Origin: Fonticula alba ATCC 38817
Taxonomy: Eukaryota; Protista; Nucleariida
NCBI GenBank assembly: GCA_000388065.2
Contig: KB932217.1
Reading direction: 5' to 3' (one strand)
DNA length: 40,131 nt
A program made the translations under genes and the position numbers. The notes under the pieces were generated by a model. The model ran no database searches. It was not told the DNA's origin and saw only the letters and a list, made by a program, of their open reading frames with translations. Below are positions 11,304 through 21,911 of the stretch, one piece after another (within the stretch, counting starts at the first letter, position 1; each line of letters begins with the position of its first letter).

Positions 11304-13495
11304 AAGAGCAGGAGACAGAGGGAGCTCACAAAGCCCAAGCCGTGGCCTGCCTCCGCCCCGCGCCCCTCCCCCGCGCCACCTGCCCCCCTGGGAGGAATCC
11401 CCCCCTCCGCCTCCCGGCCCCCGGGCAAGGGGGCCAGTTACGCCTGGGCAAATGGCGCGCATGCCTGCGGACTCTCCGCCCAAGCGTGGGCGAGGAGGAG
11501 GGGGGGGGTGCATGGGTGCGCGCGCGCGCACGCGCACGCGCGCGCAGGGCCGATGGTGTGTGGTGACAGCTACCGGGGGCTTGTTTGTTCCCAGCCACAA
11601 GAGCCCCCGGGGTCGGGGCGGGGGAACGTCCTCGGCGGCGGGACGCCCGTGGTGGGAAAGGCGCCCCGCCCCGGGCCGCCGGGCCGCCCGCCGGAGGGAG
11701 ACCCGCCGGGTGTGAGAACGCCGCATGTTTGGGCCGTCGCGCGCGGCCCTAAAAACGCCCATACACCCCCCCCCCCCACCCCCTTCACCCGGGGCAAGAC
11801 GGCACACGGGCAGAAGCACTCATATGGGCGCGCCGGGCGGCAGAGCGCCCGCCGGCGCGGCCGATCCCTCTGCCCCCGCATGCGCCGGCCAGCCGCGCGC
11901 CGCATCCAACTCGACCGGCCATTTGCCGGCCGAACCCCTTTCTTGCGGCCAGGCCACACACACAAATAAACACGCCTGCCAGTCCGGCGCGTCCACCGCG
12001 TTGCCCGGCAGGCTGTACCACCGCTCGGGCGGGGGGAGGGGGCGGCCGAGAGACGCCGGGCAAGCCGTCGGCCCTTGCGCGGCAACCGACCCGTCCACAC
12101 GCCGGCCAGCCGCCACCTCTTGGCACTCGAGGGCCCCCCCCCCCCCCCCCCCCCCCCCTGGGTGCGGGAAGATCGACAGAATGGTAGCCCACAACTGGAC
12201 CCGGACCCGGGCACCCAAGAGTTGGGATGTGGCCCGGCGGGTTGTGGGCTAGTTCGGGAGTTTGGCCGGCGCGATGCGTTGGGGCCTCGGGGCCAAAACA
12301 ATGGTCCTGGCCTGGGCGCCAGGTGGCCATGGTTTTGTCCCCCCCCCGGCCCGGGGGAGGGGCCCAGGGGGGCGGAGGCACTCTCCGGCCGGGCTGCTCG
12401 GCGGAATTGATGTGCCTTCCGCCGAAAGCACACCCAAATGGCTTACGGCGAACGGCCCGGGAGACCGGCGCGTGCACGCACTCGCCCCAGCACCAGGGGC
12501 CCGCCGGGGCAGAGTCCGCGGGCGGCCCTCGGCCCGGGCGGAATTCGGCCCCTTACTTTAGGCCTTCATGCGGGCTCACGCAGGAGCGCCGGGGGCCGGG
12601 CCGCCTGCCATCCATGCGGCCGGCTGGCGCCGGCCCCGGTGAACAGCCGACGCGTCCGCGCGCGCGCGCATGCGCACACCCTTGCACACATGCGCCGCTG
12701 CCCTCCGGCGGCCCTTGACAGCCTCCTGGCTGCCCTGTCTCAGGCGACGCCCATCCTCCGGGCGACCCCCCCCCCCCCCCCCCCCCCCCCCCAGGCGTTC
12801 GGGGCGCTTGCCCGTCCGACACCCTCGTTGCCCGGTTCCAGTCCGCTCGTGTCCCATGCCGGCCCGGCCCCCGGCCCCTCGCCTTGGCTGGGGCCCGGGC
12901 CACACCTGCCTCCCTGGTGACGATGGCCCGCCCGCCGGCGCACGCACCGCAAGCATGCGGCGCGTGCGGCCCGCCCGCCGGCCCCCCTCCCCCGCGAGGT
13001 TCGGCGGGACCCTACGTCGGTTGTCAGTTGTTGTTTCAGGAGGCGGCCGGAATTGGGGCGCGGCGGCCTCCGCGTGACATGGCGATGCGTGACGCGCCGA
13101 ATTAACGACTTAACCCAAGGCATACGGCGCGGCCGCTGGCCGCGCCCCGGCCTGGTACCCCCTCCCCCTTTCGAGGGCCCACGTCTGTTGCCTTTTCCCG
13201 GCTCCCCGGCCCGCTGGTGGAGAAACAGACGGCGGTGGCCACCTATATACATGAGACATATGAATGTGTGTGTGTGTGGGTGAATAAAATAACATGTATT
13301 TCGCACGCAAGAAGCGGGAGAGCAAGGGAGACATGCAGAGATAAGGAGAGAGAGAGAGAGAGAAGGCCGCCAGTGTGAGGAAGGAAGGAGGGAGGAAGAA
13401 AGCAGAGGAGACACGCCTCCACACACGACGAGCATGATGCGTGGCGCGCATGGGCGCGCACCGCAGATGCCGGGACACACAAGGAAGACGGCCCT

Positions 13496-13666
13496 CTAGG
13501 GGTGGCCGCCGAGTGGGCTGCGCGAGCGAGACCGACCAAAGCGCCGGCCCCGGGACGGGCCATTGCCATACGGCCGCCGGCCGCCGGAGGGACTCGGTGA
13601 GCGGGACCGCGAACGCGAGCGCCCTCGGCCCCCGCGCGAGCGGCCATCCCGGCCACCGCCTCGCCG

Positions 13667-13715
<49 letters not shown>

Positions 13716-16599
13716 GTACGACTGAGCCCGGAGGGAAGCTTGCCCCGTGCGCCGGACGTCGCGCCGACAGAGCTGAGCAGCTGCGGGCGTGGCACCATAT
13801 GCAGCGCGGCCGACACATCATCCAGACCGTCGGCCCCACGTTCGGATGTCGGGTCATTGTCAATGTCAGGGCGCCGGCGCGGTGACCGCGACCGCGAGCG
13901 CGACTGGTCCCAGGCCAGCGGCGGGGGCGAGGGAGACCGCGGTCCTCGGGGAGCGCGATCGAGCAGCTCGCGCGATGGCGACCGTCGCCGGCGGCCGCGC
14001 AGGTCATCCGGTCCAGGCGCGCGGCTCCGGCTCCGGCCATGGTCGCGATCCCGGTCGCGATCCCGGTCGCGATCCCGGTAGCCACCATGGTCGCGGTCGC
14101 GGTCACGATCACGGTCTCGGTCGCGGCCGCGGCCCCGGTCACGATCCCGGTCACGGCCGTCTCGGTCACGATCCCGGTCACGGCCGTCTCGGTCGCGATC
14201 CCGGTCGCGGCCATCTCGGTCACGTCCACGCAGCCGGTCATGGTCGGAGTCCGAGAAGGACCCACCGCGGCCGCCGATGTCCACCCGGTCGCGCCGACCA
14301 CGATCGTCATACCGATCGCGCTCGCGATCATGGTAGAAGTCGCGGTCGCGCTCACGGTCGCGGTCGCGATCTCGGCCACGGCCGCGCAGCCGGTCGCCCT
14401 CTGGCAAGTGATAGGGAGCCCCTGGGGGCGAGTGCCCGCGCGAGTCGGTCGACCGGCTGCGACTACGCCGGTCGGACCGGCCGCGGCCGCGCATGTCGCC
14501 CCCACGGCCACCGAGTGGTCCGCTCGAATGGTGAGGCTCACCCACGCCGCCGGGATCCAGCGGCCGATCGTCCAAATGCCGACGATGGGTATGGTGGTGA
14601 TGCGGCTCGATCGGGCCGCCGGGTGGTAGCGGCCGGAGGCCGGACCCCCGGAAGTCCCCCCCGGGGCCCGGGCTGGGCGAACGCCGCCGACGTCCCTCCC
14701 CCCGACCGGCCCCACTCCGGTCCATGGACGAGTGGGAAGAGGAGGAGGAGGAGGAGGAGGAGGAGGAATAACGACCACCGCCACCACCCGGGCCATCATA
14801 GGGTGCATCATGCTGGGACCGGGTCGCTGATGACGGAGAGCCCCCCCGGCGGGCGGACGACGCGGAGGAAGCCGGAGACCCGCCCTCATCCGGGCCCTCG
14901 CCCGAGTGCGAGTGCCCCCGTTGGGACAAGGTGGCCGTTGGCGACTGATCCGGCGCCCGGCCTCCAGCCTGGGCGTCCTCCCCCCCGGCGGGAGGCTGGA
15001 GCCCGACAAACGGCCGGTCACAGGAGATGATTTGCGGCTTGAAGACCACGGCATTCAGCCAATTGAGCCCGGGCATTTGGTGTCCCAAGGACAAGCACTG
15101 CTGCCCCAGGCGGAAGAGCTCCACCGCCACCAGCTCCACCTCGCGCAGCTGGGCATTCGTCAGCAGCAGGCGCCACAGGTCATCCGGCCGATCGACCGAG
15201 CTCGGGGGAACGCCGGCAGCCTCCGGCCGCAGCTGGATGGCTCCGAGCGCCTCGCCCGGAACCAATGTCGCCAAGTACAAACACGCGGTCACCAAAGTCA
15301 AGGGGGTGCACGCGAAGGCGGCCGCCGAGAACACCGCGTCCAGCAGCAGCTGGAAGGCCACGAAGGTGCGATTGCGACTCACTGGGCGAGCAGGCGGGTC
15401 AGCATCATTTCGGCGAGCCGCACCTGCCCCTCCCCCGGCCAGGGGCCGAAGAAGGGAGCGGCAGAGGAGTGCGTGGCTGCGCGAGAAGCAAAAACAACCA
15501 ACCGAAAAGCCCCCAGCAACAGCGACAACGCCCCAGCGATCGCTGCAATGGGGGGACCATCGGGCCCCACTCGCCCCCCCTCCTCCCTCCCCCATGAGTT
15601 TGGCAAGCATCCATGCGGGAACGTACTGCCGCTTTGTTTGGCCAGCCGGACAAGAAGAACCGTGTGATTGGCATCCGCCGCGCCCAGATCAAAGCCGATG
15701 GTCGACAGGACCAAGCGCTCGAGGCGCACAAGCTGTCGAACCCGCTGGTGGTCCAGCACGAAGCCCGAGTGCCGGCTGGCATTGGACCCCATCCCGGCGG
15801 CCTCCTCCTGGGCAATGTGGTCCCGCCGAACGGCTTGATATTCGACCTCCAGGATCTTGGGCAGTTTGCGGATGGAGTCTTCGATCTTGCTGCCAATCAG
15901 CAGCGACACGAGAACCACATCCTACGAGGCATGGCAGGATGGGGCGATCAGTTTCGGAGGGGGGAGGGGGGGGGGCGACATGGCAGCGACGAGCAAGGGG
16001 CAGGCGAATGGCGAGGGGGTGGCCCCGGGCCCTGGTGGCCGGCAATACGCACCGCCGGATTGTGGTGGTAGATGGAAAAGTGCGCGAAGAAGCCATGGTA
16101 CACTCGGGCCGAGGTCAGGATGGTTGAGGCGGGCCTGCAAGCGCGCGTACACGCGCCGGGAGGGACCAGCAAATTCGGTCAGTCATGGCCGGAGAGGGCA
16201 GCCGGGAGGAGGAGCGGAAGGAGCATAAGTGGGCAAAAAAGAAACAAGAGGGGGGGGGGGCCAGCAGGGGTGACCGGCGACGCACAGCCGAAGCATCCCA
16301 AGGGCGTAGCGCATGAAGATGCAATTCTGCAGGTGCGCGATTTCCGGATTCTGCAAGAAAGCCTGCTGCTGCAGGACAGTCGAGGAGGCATCCGATTCCG
16401 GGGCACCAGGCGGGAGGGCCTCCACCGGGGGTGGACCGGCATCATGCACGGGCCCAGGTCCAGGCTCCCCCGCGAACGGGGGCCCATGCCGGTCAGCATA
16501 CCGGTCGTCCGGCCGTGGATGGTCCGAAGGGGGCGGCAATTCGATGCCATGGTGGCCGTGGTGTGGTGGCGCCTGATGGTGATGATGGTGGTGGTGGTG

Positions 16600-16633
<34 letters not shown>

Positions 16634-17337
16634 GGGTGCTGTTGCTGCTGCGGGTGGCGAGGGGTTGAGTAGTGATGGTGGTGCTGCTGCGGCTGCTGCT
16701 GCTGCTGTTGTTGCTGCTGCGGTTGCTGAGGTGGCGGGTGATGGCGTGAATGGTGCAAATGGTCGCCTCCATGCGGAGGGTCGCCCCCATGCGGGTGCTC
16801 CCCCCCGCGAGGGTGGTCTCCACCGCGCGGGTGGTCGCCCCCGTGAGGGCGGTCGCCTCCGTGCGAGAAGTGGTGTTGGTGGTGCGGGTGACCATGCGGG
16901 GGCCCATGCGAGTGCGGATGCCCATGCGGGGGCCCATGCGAGTGCGGCCGATAAAAGGCCTCATCCCGCGGTGGGGAGGGGTGCCCATGCGCCGATGGCG
17001 GGTGAAAGGGGGGGGACGCGTGGTCGCCAAAGTGCCGGCCCTGCGGGCCATTCGGCGGACCCCCATGCCGATGGTTCATTTGTCCCGACTGGTGGTGCTG
17101 CTGCTGCTGCTGCTGGTGGTGGTGGTGGTGATGGTGGTGGGGGTGGGGCGAGGGCGGCGGTGGCAGTGGCGGCGGCGGCGGTCCACCGGGCCCGCCACCG
17201 GGGTGCATCGGCCCTGACGGGTGGTGGTGCTGGTGTTGGTGGTGGTGGTGCGACAGCGGCGGCGGTCCGCCGTGCCTCTGCGAAGCTTGCGGCGGATGGT
17301 GGGGGTGATGCCCGTGGACGGAGGAGTGATGCTGCAT
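13496..17337 (-). CDS. Cyclin L-like transcriptional cyclin, 4 exons: 17337-16286, 16134-16053, 15921-15627, 15381-13496 (~1104 aa)
   Basis: Spliced product gives a cyclin box: LQNCIFMRYALGMLRL|PASTILTSARVYHGFFAHFSIYHHNPA|DVVLVSLLIGSKIEDSIRKL...LERLVLSTIGFDL...|MSRNRTFVAFQLLLDAVF...TLVTACLYLA. Long RD/RS dipeptide C-terminus as in cyclin L; His/Gln/Pro-rich N-terminus. Start codon assumed at 17337. Confidence 0.85.
14040..14215 (-). repeat. Coding tandem repeats (12-nt and 24-nt units) encoding RD/RDG repeats
   Basis: ggtcgcgatccc x3 at ~14041-14076 and ccgtctcggtcacgatcccggtcacgg-type units at ~14130-14215. Confidence 0.85.
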
Positions 17338-18507
17338 CCTCAAGAGCTGCAAGGGCCGGCAGCAAGGGGGCGAGCGGGCAGGCAGTCAGCACGGGAAGAG
17401 GCACCCAGGGGGCGGGGGGGGGGGGGGGGGGAGGCCAGCTGGCGGATGGCGCCCGAGAGGGGGCTCCCCTGCGGCACCCGTGGCAGGCGCTGGCAAACCG
17501 GCAGGACAGTGGCCGAGGTGTTTGCGAGGGCGAGAGGGTGAATGTGCTTGGGCAGGCGACACCATGCCACACGTGCGGGAGTGTACCTTTCTCTCGTTCT
17601 CTCTCTCTCCTCTACTCCAAGTGGCTGCGGCCAGCGCGCCGGCGGCACGGCCCGGGGGTGCGGGGAGGCTTGGTTCGGCAGCCAGGGGAGGGGGGCAAGG
17701 GCGGAGGGTAGGGGGCGCGCGGGCGTGCGAGGGTGCTACAGGTGATGCGGCAGTGTAGGAGGATGGAAACCAAGCAAGGCGATGGCGGAGGGAGGGGGAG
17801 AGTGGCGCAGGTTGCCGCGACCCAGCCAGTCGTCTCTGCGCCCGCGGGTAGCCTTGAATGTGTGCGCGCGCCTGGCGGGGGGGGGGGGGGGGGGGCGCCT
17901 TTGCTCACCGCGGCGTGTGAAGGCCCGCAGGTGTGTCTCCCCTCTGCCTCATGGCGGGCGCGAAAAGAACGCCGCGTAGAGCCCGCCCGTTCCGTCTCCA
18001 CACACACACACACACACTGTCTGCCCCCAATCTAGTGCCCCGGCACCGGAGCACAGTGTTGAAGGTACCGGCGGACCCCCGCCCGAAGCCAGCCGACTGC
18101 CGGAAGAATCCAGCTGACAACGCACACATCCCTCCATGTGCCACCGATCCCACACGGCCTGGCGCCCGGCCGATCGCATGCAGAGTCCGCCCGGCCCCCG
18201 GCCCCGGGGCCCCACCCCGCCTGGGCCCCCGGCCGAGCCCGCCACTCTGGCGAGAGGGGCCCGCGCAAAGCGGGGCTTACGTGCGGGGCGTCCTCCTGCC
18301 CCGGCTGGCGGCCGAGGGGACAATATTTCGGCGGAGGTCTAATTGTGGCCCCTCCCAGTGATGGTACCTAGCGTCACTGGCCCTGTCCCTTCCTCCCCCC
18401 CCCCCCCTTCCTTCAATACATCCAACAATACCCCCCCAAAACACCCACAAACCCAAACAACCATGTATAAAAACGACAACCACCAGAAAAACAATCCGAA
18501 GCTTTAC

Positions 18508-20159
18508 ATGTCTCTCTGGGTACGGCCGACGCTGCTGTCCTCGTCGCGGGCGCTGCCGGCTCGCGATCCGGGCGCCTGCCCAACGCAAATGCCGGCACAT
18601 GTGGAGGCGGCCAACGCCCTGTGCGACCGGGCGGTGCTGCGCCTGTCCGCCGACCGGTCTGCCGATCTGCTGGGCTTCCTGCAGGGAGTCACCGCGCAGG
18701 ACCTCCTGCACCCGTGGACCCACCGGTCGCAGGAGGGCCCGACCGCCGCCGGGCGGCCGCTCTACACGGCCTTCCTGTCGAATGTCGGCCGGGTCTTGTC
18801 GGATGCCTTTGTGTACCTGCCGCCGGCCGGGGCTGCCCCGCACGACCGGGATGTCCTTCTGCTGGATGTGCCCGCGGCCCATGTCGGCCCGCTGACGGCG
18901 CACCTGCGCAAGATGGCCTTCCGCAAGCGCATCACCATCGACGACCTGTCGGGGTCGGTGGTGGTGGCGGCCTCGGTGGCCGGGGCCAGCGGCCTGGCGG
19001 ACTTGGCCCCGCCGCACCTGCGCTACGGCGGCCGCGACAGCCGGCACATGTTGCTCGGGTCGCGGGCGCTGGTCCTGCGCGAGGCGGCCGACGCCCCGGA
19101 CGGAGGCTACACCCTGCCGAATGCCAGCTTCTGGAGCTCGCGCCCCAAGTGGCTGGCCTTGCAGAAGAGCCTCGGCCTGCCGGACCTCTCGACCATGGGC
19201 TTTTCCGCGGACGGCTCCCCCGGGGGCAGCATCTTCCCCCTGGAGGCCAATCTGGACATGGCTGGCGGTATCAACGTGCGCAAGGGCTGCTACCTGGGCC
19301 AGGAGCAAACCGCGCGCACGGTCTTCCGCGGCGCGGTGGCCAAGCGCCTGGTCCCGCTGGAGCTGTCCCTCGGTGTGCCCAGCCCCCTGGTGGCCGGCGA
19401 GCTCGGCGAGGAGGCCGGCGACCTCCGGTGGATCGACGTCGGCGCCTATGAGTCTCCCCTGCAGGATGCCCTGTACACCCTCTTCGAGGGGCAGGGCCCG
19501 CTTGGTGGGGGCCAGGCTGCCGGCTCCGCCGCCGGCACCACCGAGGATGCCCCGCCGGCCGCCGGCCTGTCGCTGGTCCCCTTCGACCTGGCCACCGAGA
19601 CGCTGGTCGATAAGCCGGCCCCGCGCGGCGGCCACCCTACCCTGGCCCGGGGGACGGTCCTCAATGTTGGCATGTCGGTCTTCCGTACCACTTCCATCCT
19701 CAACCACCAGGTCTTCCGTGTGGTGGTATGTTGCCGGGTGGTCCTTTTCTCGCCATGCCAGTGTGTGCCTTCGCTCGGGGTGGTCCTCCCCGTGCTCGCC
19801 TGTCCTGACACACTGCCGCTCCTGTTGCCTCCGGCCTGCTTTCTTCTCACCTCCCCCCCCCCCCCCCTCCCCTGCCCGGCCTCGCCCCTCCTCGCCAGGC
19901 TGCTGACGGCCAGCCGACCGATATCTTCGCCCGGGTGCAAGTCCCGGCCGACTGGCCGGCCAACCCTGCGGCCGACGGGTCCAACCCCCTGGCCAAGGGC
20001 ATCTTCCCGCCGGGGCTCGAGCCGTACGCCTTCATCCCGGTCGAGGGGCAGGAGGAGGAGGCCCCCACTGCCGAGGCCCCGGCTCCGCCCATTTCCCCGA
20101 TTGACAGCCCCAGCAACCTGGCTCACCCGCAGGGCTGGGAGACGTTGGTCTCCCTCTGA
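18508..20159 (+). CDS. IBA57: IBA57/CAF17 (YgfZ family) mitochondrial Fe-S assembly factor, 2 exons: 18508-19725, 19899-20159 (~492 aa)
   Basis: Signature GGINVRKGCYLGQEQTAR; N-terminal DRAVLRL...FLQGV and YTAFLSNVGRVLSD. Intron GTATGT...CCAG in phase 0 leads to FARVQVPADWP. Confidence 0.92.
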
Positions 20160-20367
20160 TAGATGGCGGGCGCTATCCCCAAGGTGCGGTCCCACCCCCT
20201 GGCAAGATTCCCCCCCCCCCCCCCCCCCCCCTCATGCTCCCGTGCACCATGCCCGGCCGAGGAACATATGTATCACACACAAAATACACCGGTATAGAGA
20301 TGGCCTGTGGCTGCACAGGCCGCACAACATGGTATGTGTGGGCGTAGTATTGGCTGTTTGGGACTTT

Positions 20368-21065
20368 CTAAAGGTCAAACATGTCTTCGTTCTTCTTTTC
20401 CATCCAGGAGGACTGTCCCATGAGATTGTCGTCGATGAACGAAAGTTGCGAGCCACGCTGCGACCGGAAGGGCGACGCGACCCCCGACCGGGCGCCGCTG
20501 AGGGTCGGCGAGAAGCCCGGCTGCGAGGGCCCCATGTAGATGGTGGTGGAGCCAGTTCCAGCGGTCGAGGGGTCTGGTAGGGTGCTAGAGTCCCGGCAGA
20601 AGAAGAAAAAAAGGGCGCACGCGCACACCGCAGAGCAGGAACATCAGTCAGACAATCTCCAGGGGGGGGGGGGGCAGAATGCCCACCAGGGGGGCACGGC
20701 AATATGGATGTACGCACTTCCGGCCGGAGGTGGAGGCCGATGGTGGCCCGATGATGTCGTGCTGCTGGCTGGAGGAAGTAGCGGGACGGACAGATCCGGC
20801 CAGGTGAGAGGAGGGCGGAGGGGGCAAGAGGGGGGCGGGGTCAAAAAAAAAAAAAGAATGGCAAGAAGCAAGTGATGACCAGGCAGAGGCAGCACGCCAG
20901 GGACCCTACCGCGCGAGAATCGACCGACTGAGCTGCTCCGAATCATGGAGCAACGCCTCGCTGTCGCGAAGAATGCGATCCACATCAGACAAGGTGCCGA
21001 TGGTGGAGTCAAACTTGGGTGCGGCGGTGGTCAGGCCAGCGGTGGTGCTGGACGAGGGCCCATGA

Positions 21066-21111
<46 letters not shown>

Positions 21112-21443
21112 TCTGTTGGTGCTGAGGTTGTTGTTGATGCTGCTGGCCGGCGGCCATGGTCTGCTGCGCAGCCCCCTCGGCCACGGGGATGTCGATCGTG
21201 CGGCGGGCCCCGAGGGCCGAGGCCGACCAAAGCCGGTTAACACGTTTCAGATCGGCGACCTGCTCGCGGGGATGATGGCATGGTCAGAAACGCGTCAGAC
21301 GGACAGGGGAGCCACAATCGGTTTCAGGGACAGCAAAAGGAGCGAGGACCGGCCGATCCAGCTCCCCCTCAGCGCACCGAGACATTGTAGAGCAGAGCGA
21401 TCCCCTCGAGGGTGTCCAAAGGGGTCACCGTGTGTTTGAGCAT
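20368..21443 (-). CDS. Intracellular LysM-domain protein (LYSMD1/2-like), exons 21443-21378, 21259-20910, 20768-20718, 20584-20368 (~227 aa; a further 5' exon is possible)
   Basis: Spliced LysM: LKHTVTPLDTLEGIALLYNVS|VADLKRVNRLWSASALGARRTIDIPV. Then poly-Gln, a short helical segment, and a C-terminus ending MEKKNEDMFDL. No signal peptide or TM segment. Confidence 0.85.
21071..21110 (-). repeat. (CAG)n poly-glutamine repeat within the LysM gene
   Basis: ctgctgctg... run on the + strand; similar runs at ~9346-9382 (bHLH) and ~16600-16640 (cyclin). Confidence 0.9.
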
Positions 21444-21768
21444 CCGGGCAGGGGCAGAGCGGGGAGGGGGGGGGGGAGGCGGCGAAAAGGACAGACGCAA
21501 GTGATGGAAAAGAAGGGGCAGGGGGAGGGGGGGGGGAACACATTATCTACCTGGGCGCAAGCCCGACACGCGCCGGTCCGGTGCGTGAAAACCATGGTCA
21601 CCTCGGCCCCGTACACCCCGGGGGAAGCCGGCCCCGAAGAAGATCTGACCATCCCCGGGGGTGGGCATAAAAATGCGTACTGCGCGGGCGGCCTGCTCAC
21701 GGGTGCGGCCACCAGGAAAACGGGGGAGAAGTCGGGTAATGAATCTGTGTGTGTGTGCGGGGGGGGGG

Positions 21769-21838
21769 NNNNNNNNNNNNNNNNNNNNNNNNNNNNNNNN
21801 NNNNNNNNNNNNNNNNNNNNNNNNNNNNNNNNNNNNNN
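21769..21838. other. Assembly gap (N run)
   Basis: Ns in sequence. Confidence 1.
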
Positions 21839-21911
21839 CCCCCCCCCCCAGGGCCCGGGCTCTATTTATTGTTTATTCCCACGCCGAGCGCGTGCCGCGG
21901 CAGTCGCGTGA

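Noticed and set aside
14039-14629. Hydrophobic Val/Ala/Ile/Thr repeat ORF on the + strand resembling a membrane or fibre protein
   Set aside because: It is the antisense reading of the RD repeats of the cyclin gene.
15420-15475. Possible extra cyclin exon between 15627 and 15381
   Set aside because: Including it in the required phase leads to a stop at the next acceptor; skipping it gives the correct cyclin-box spacing.
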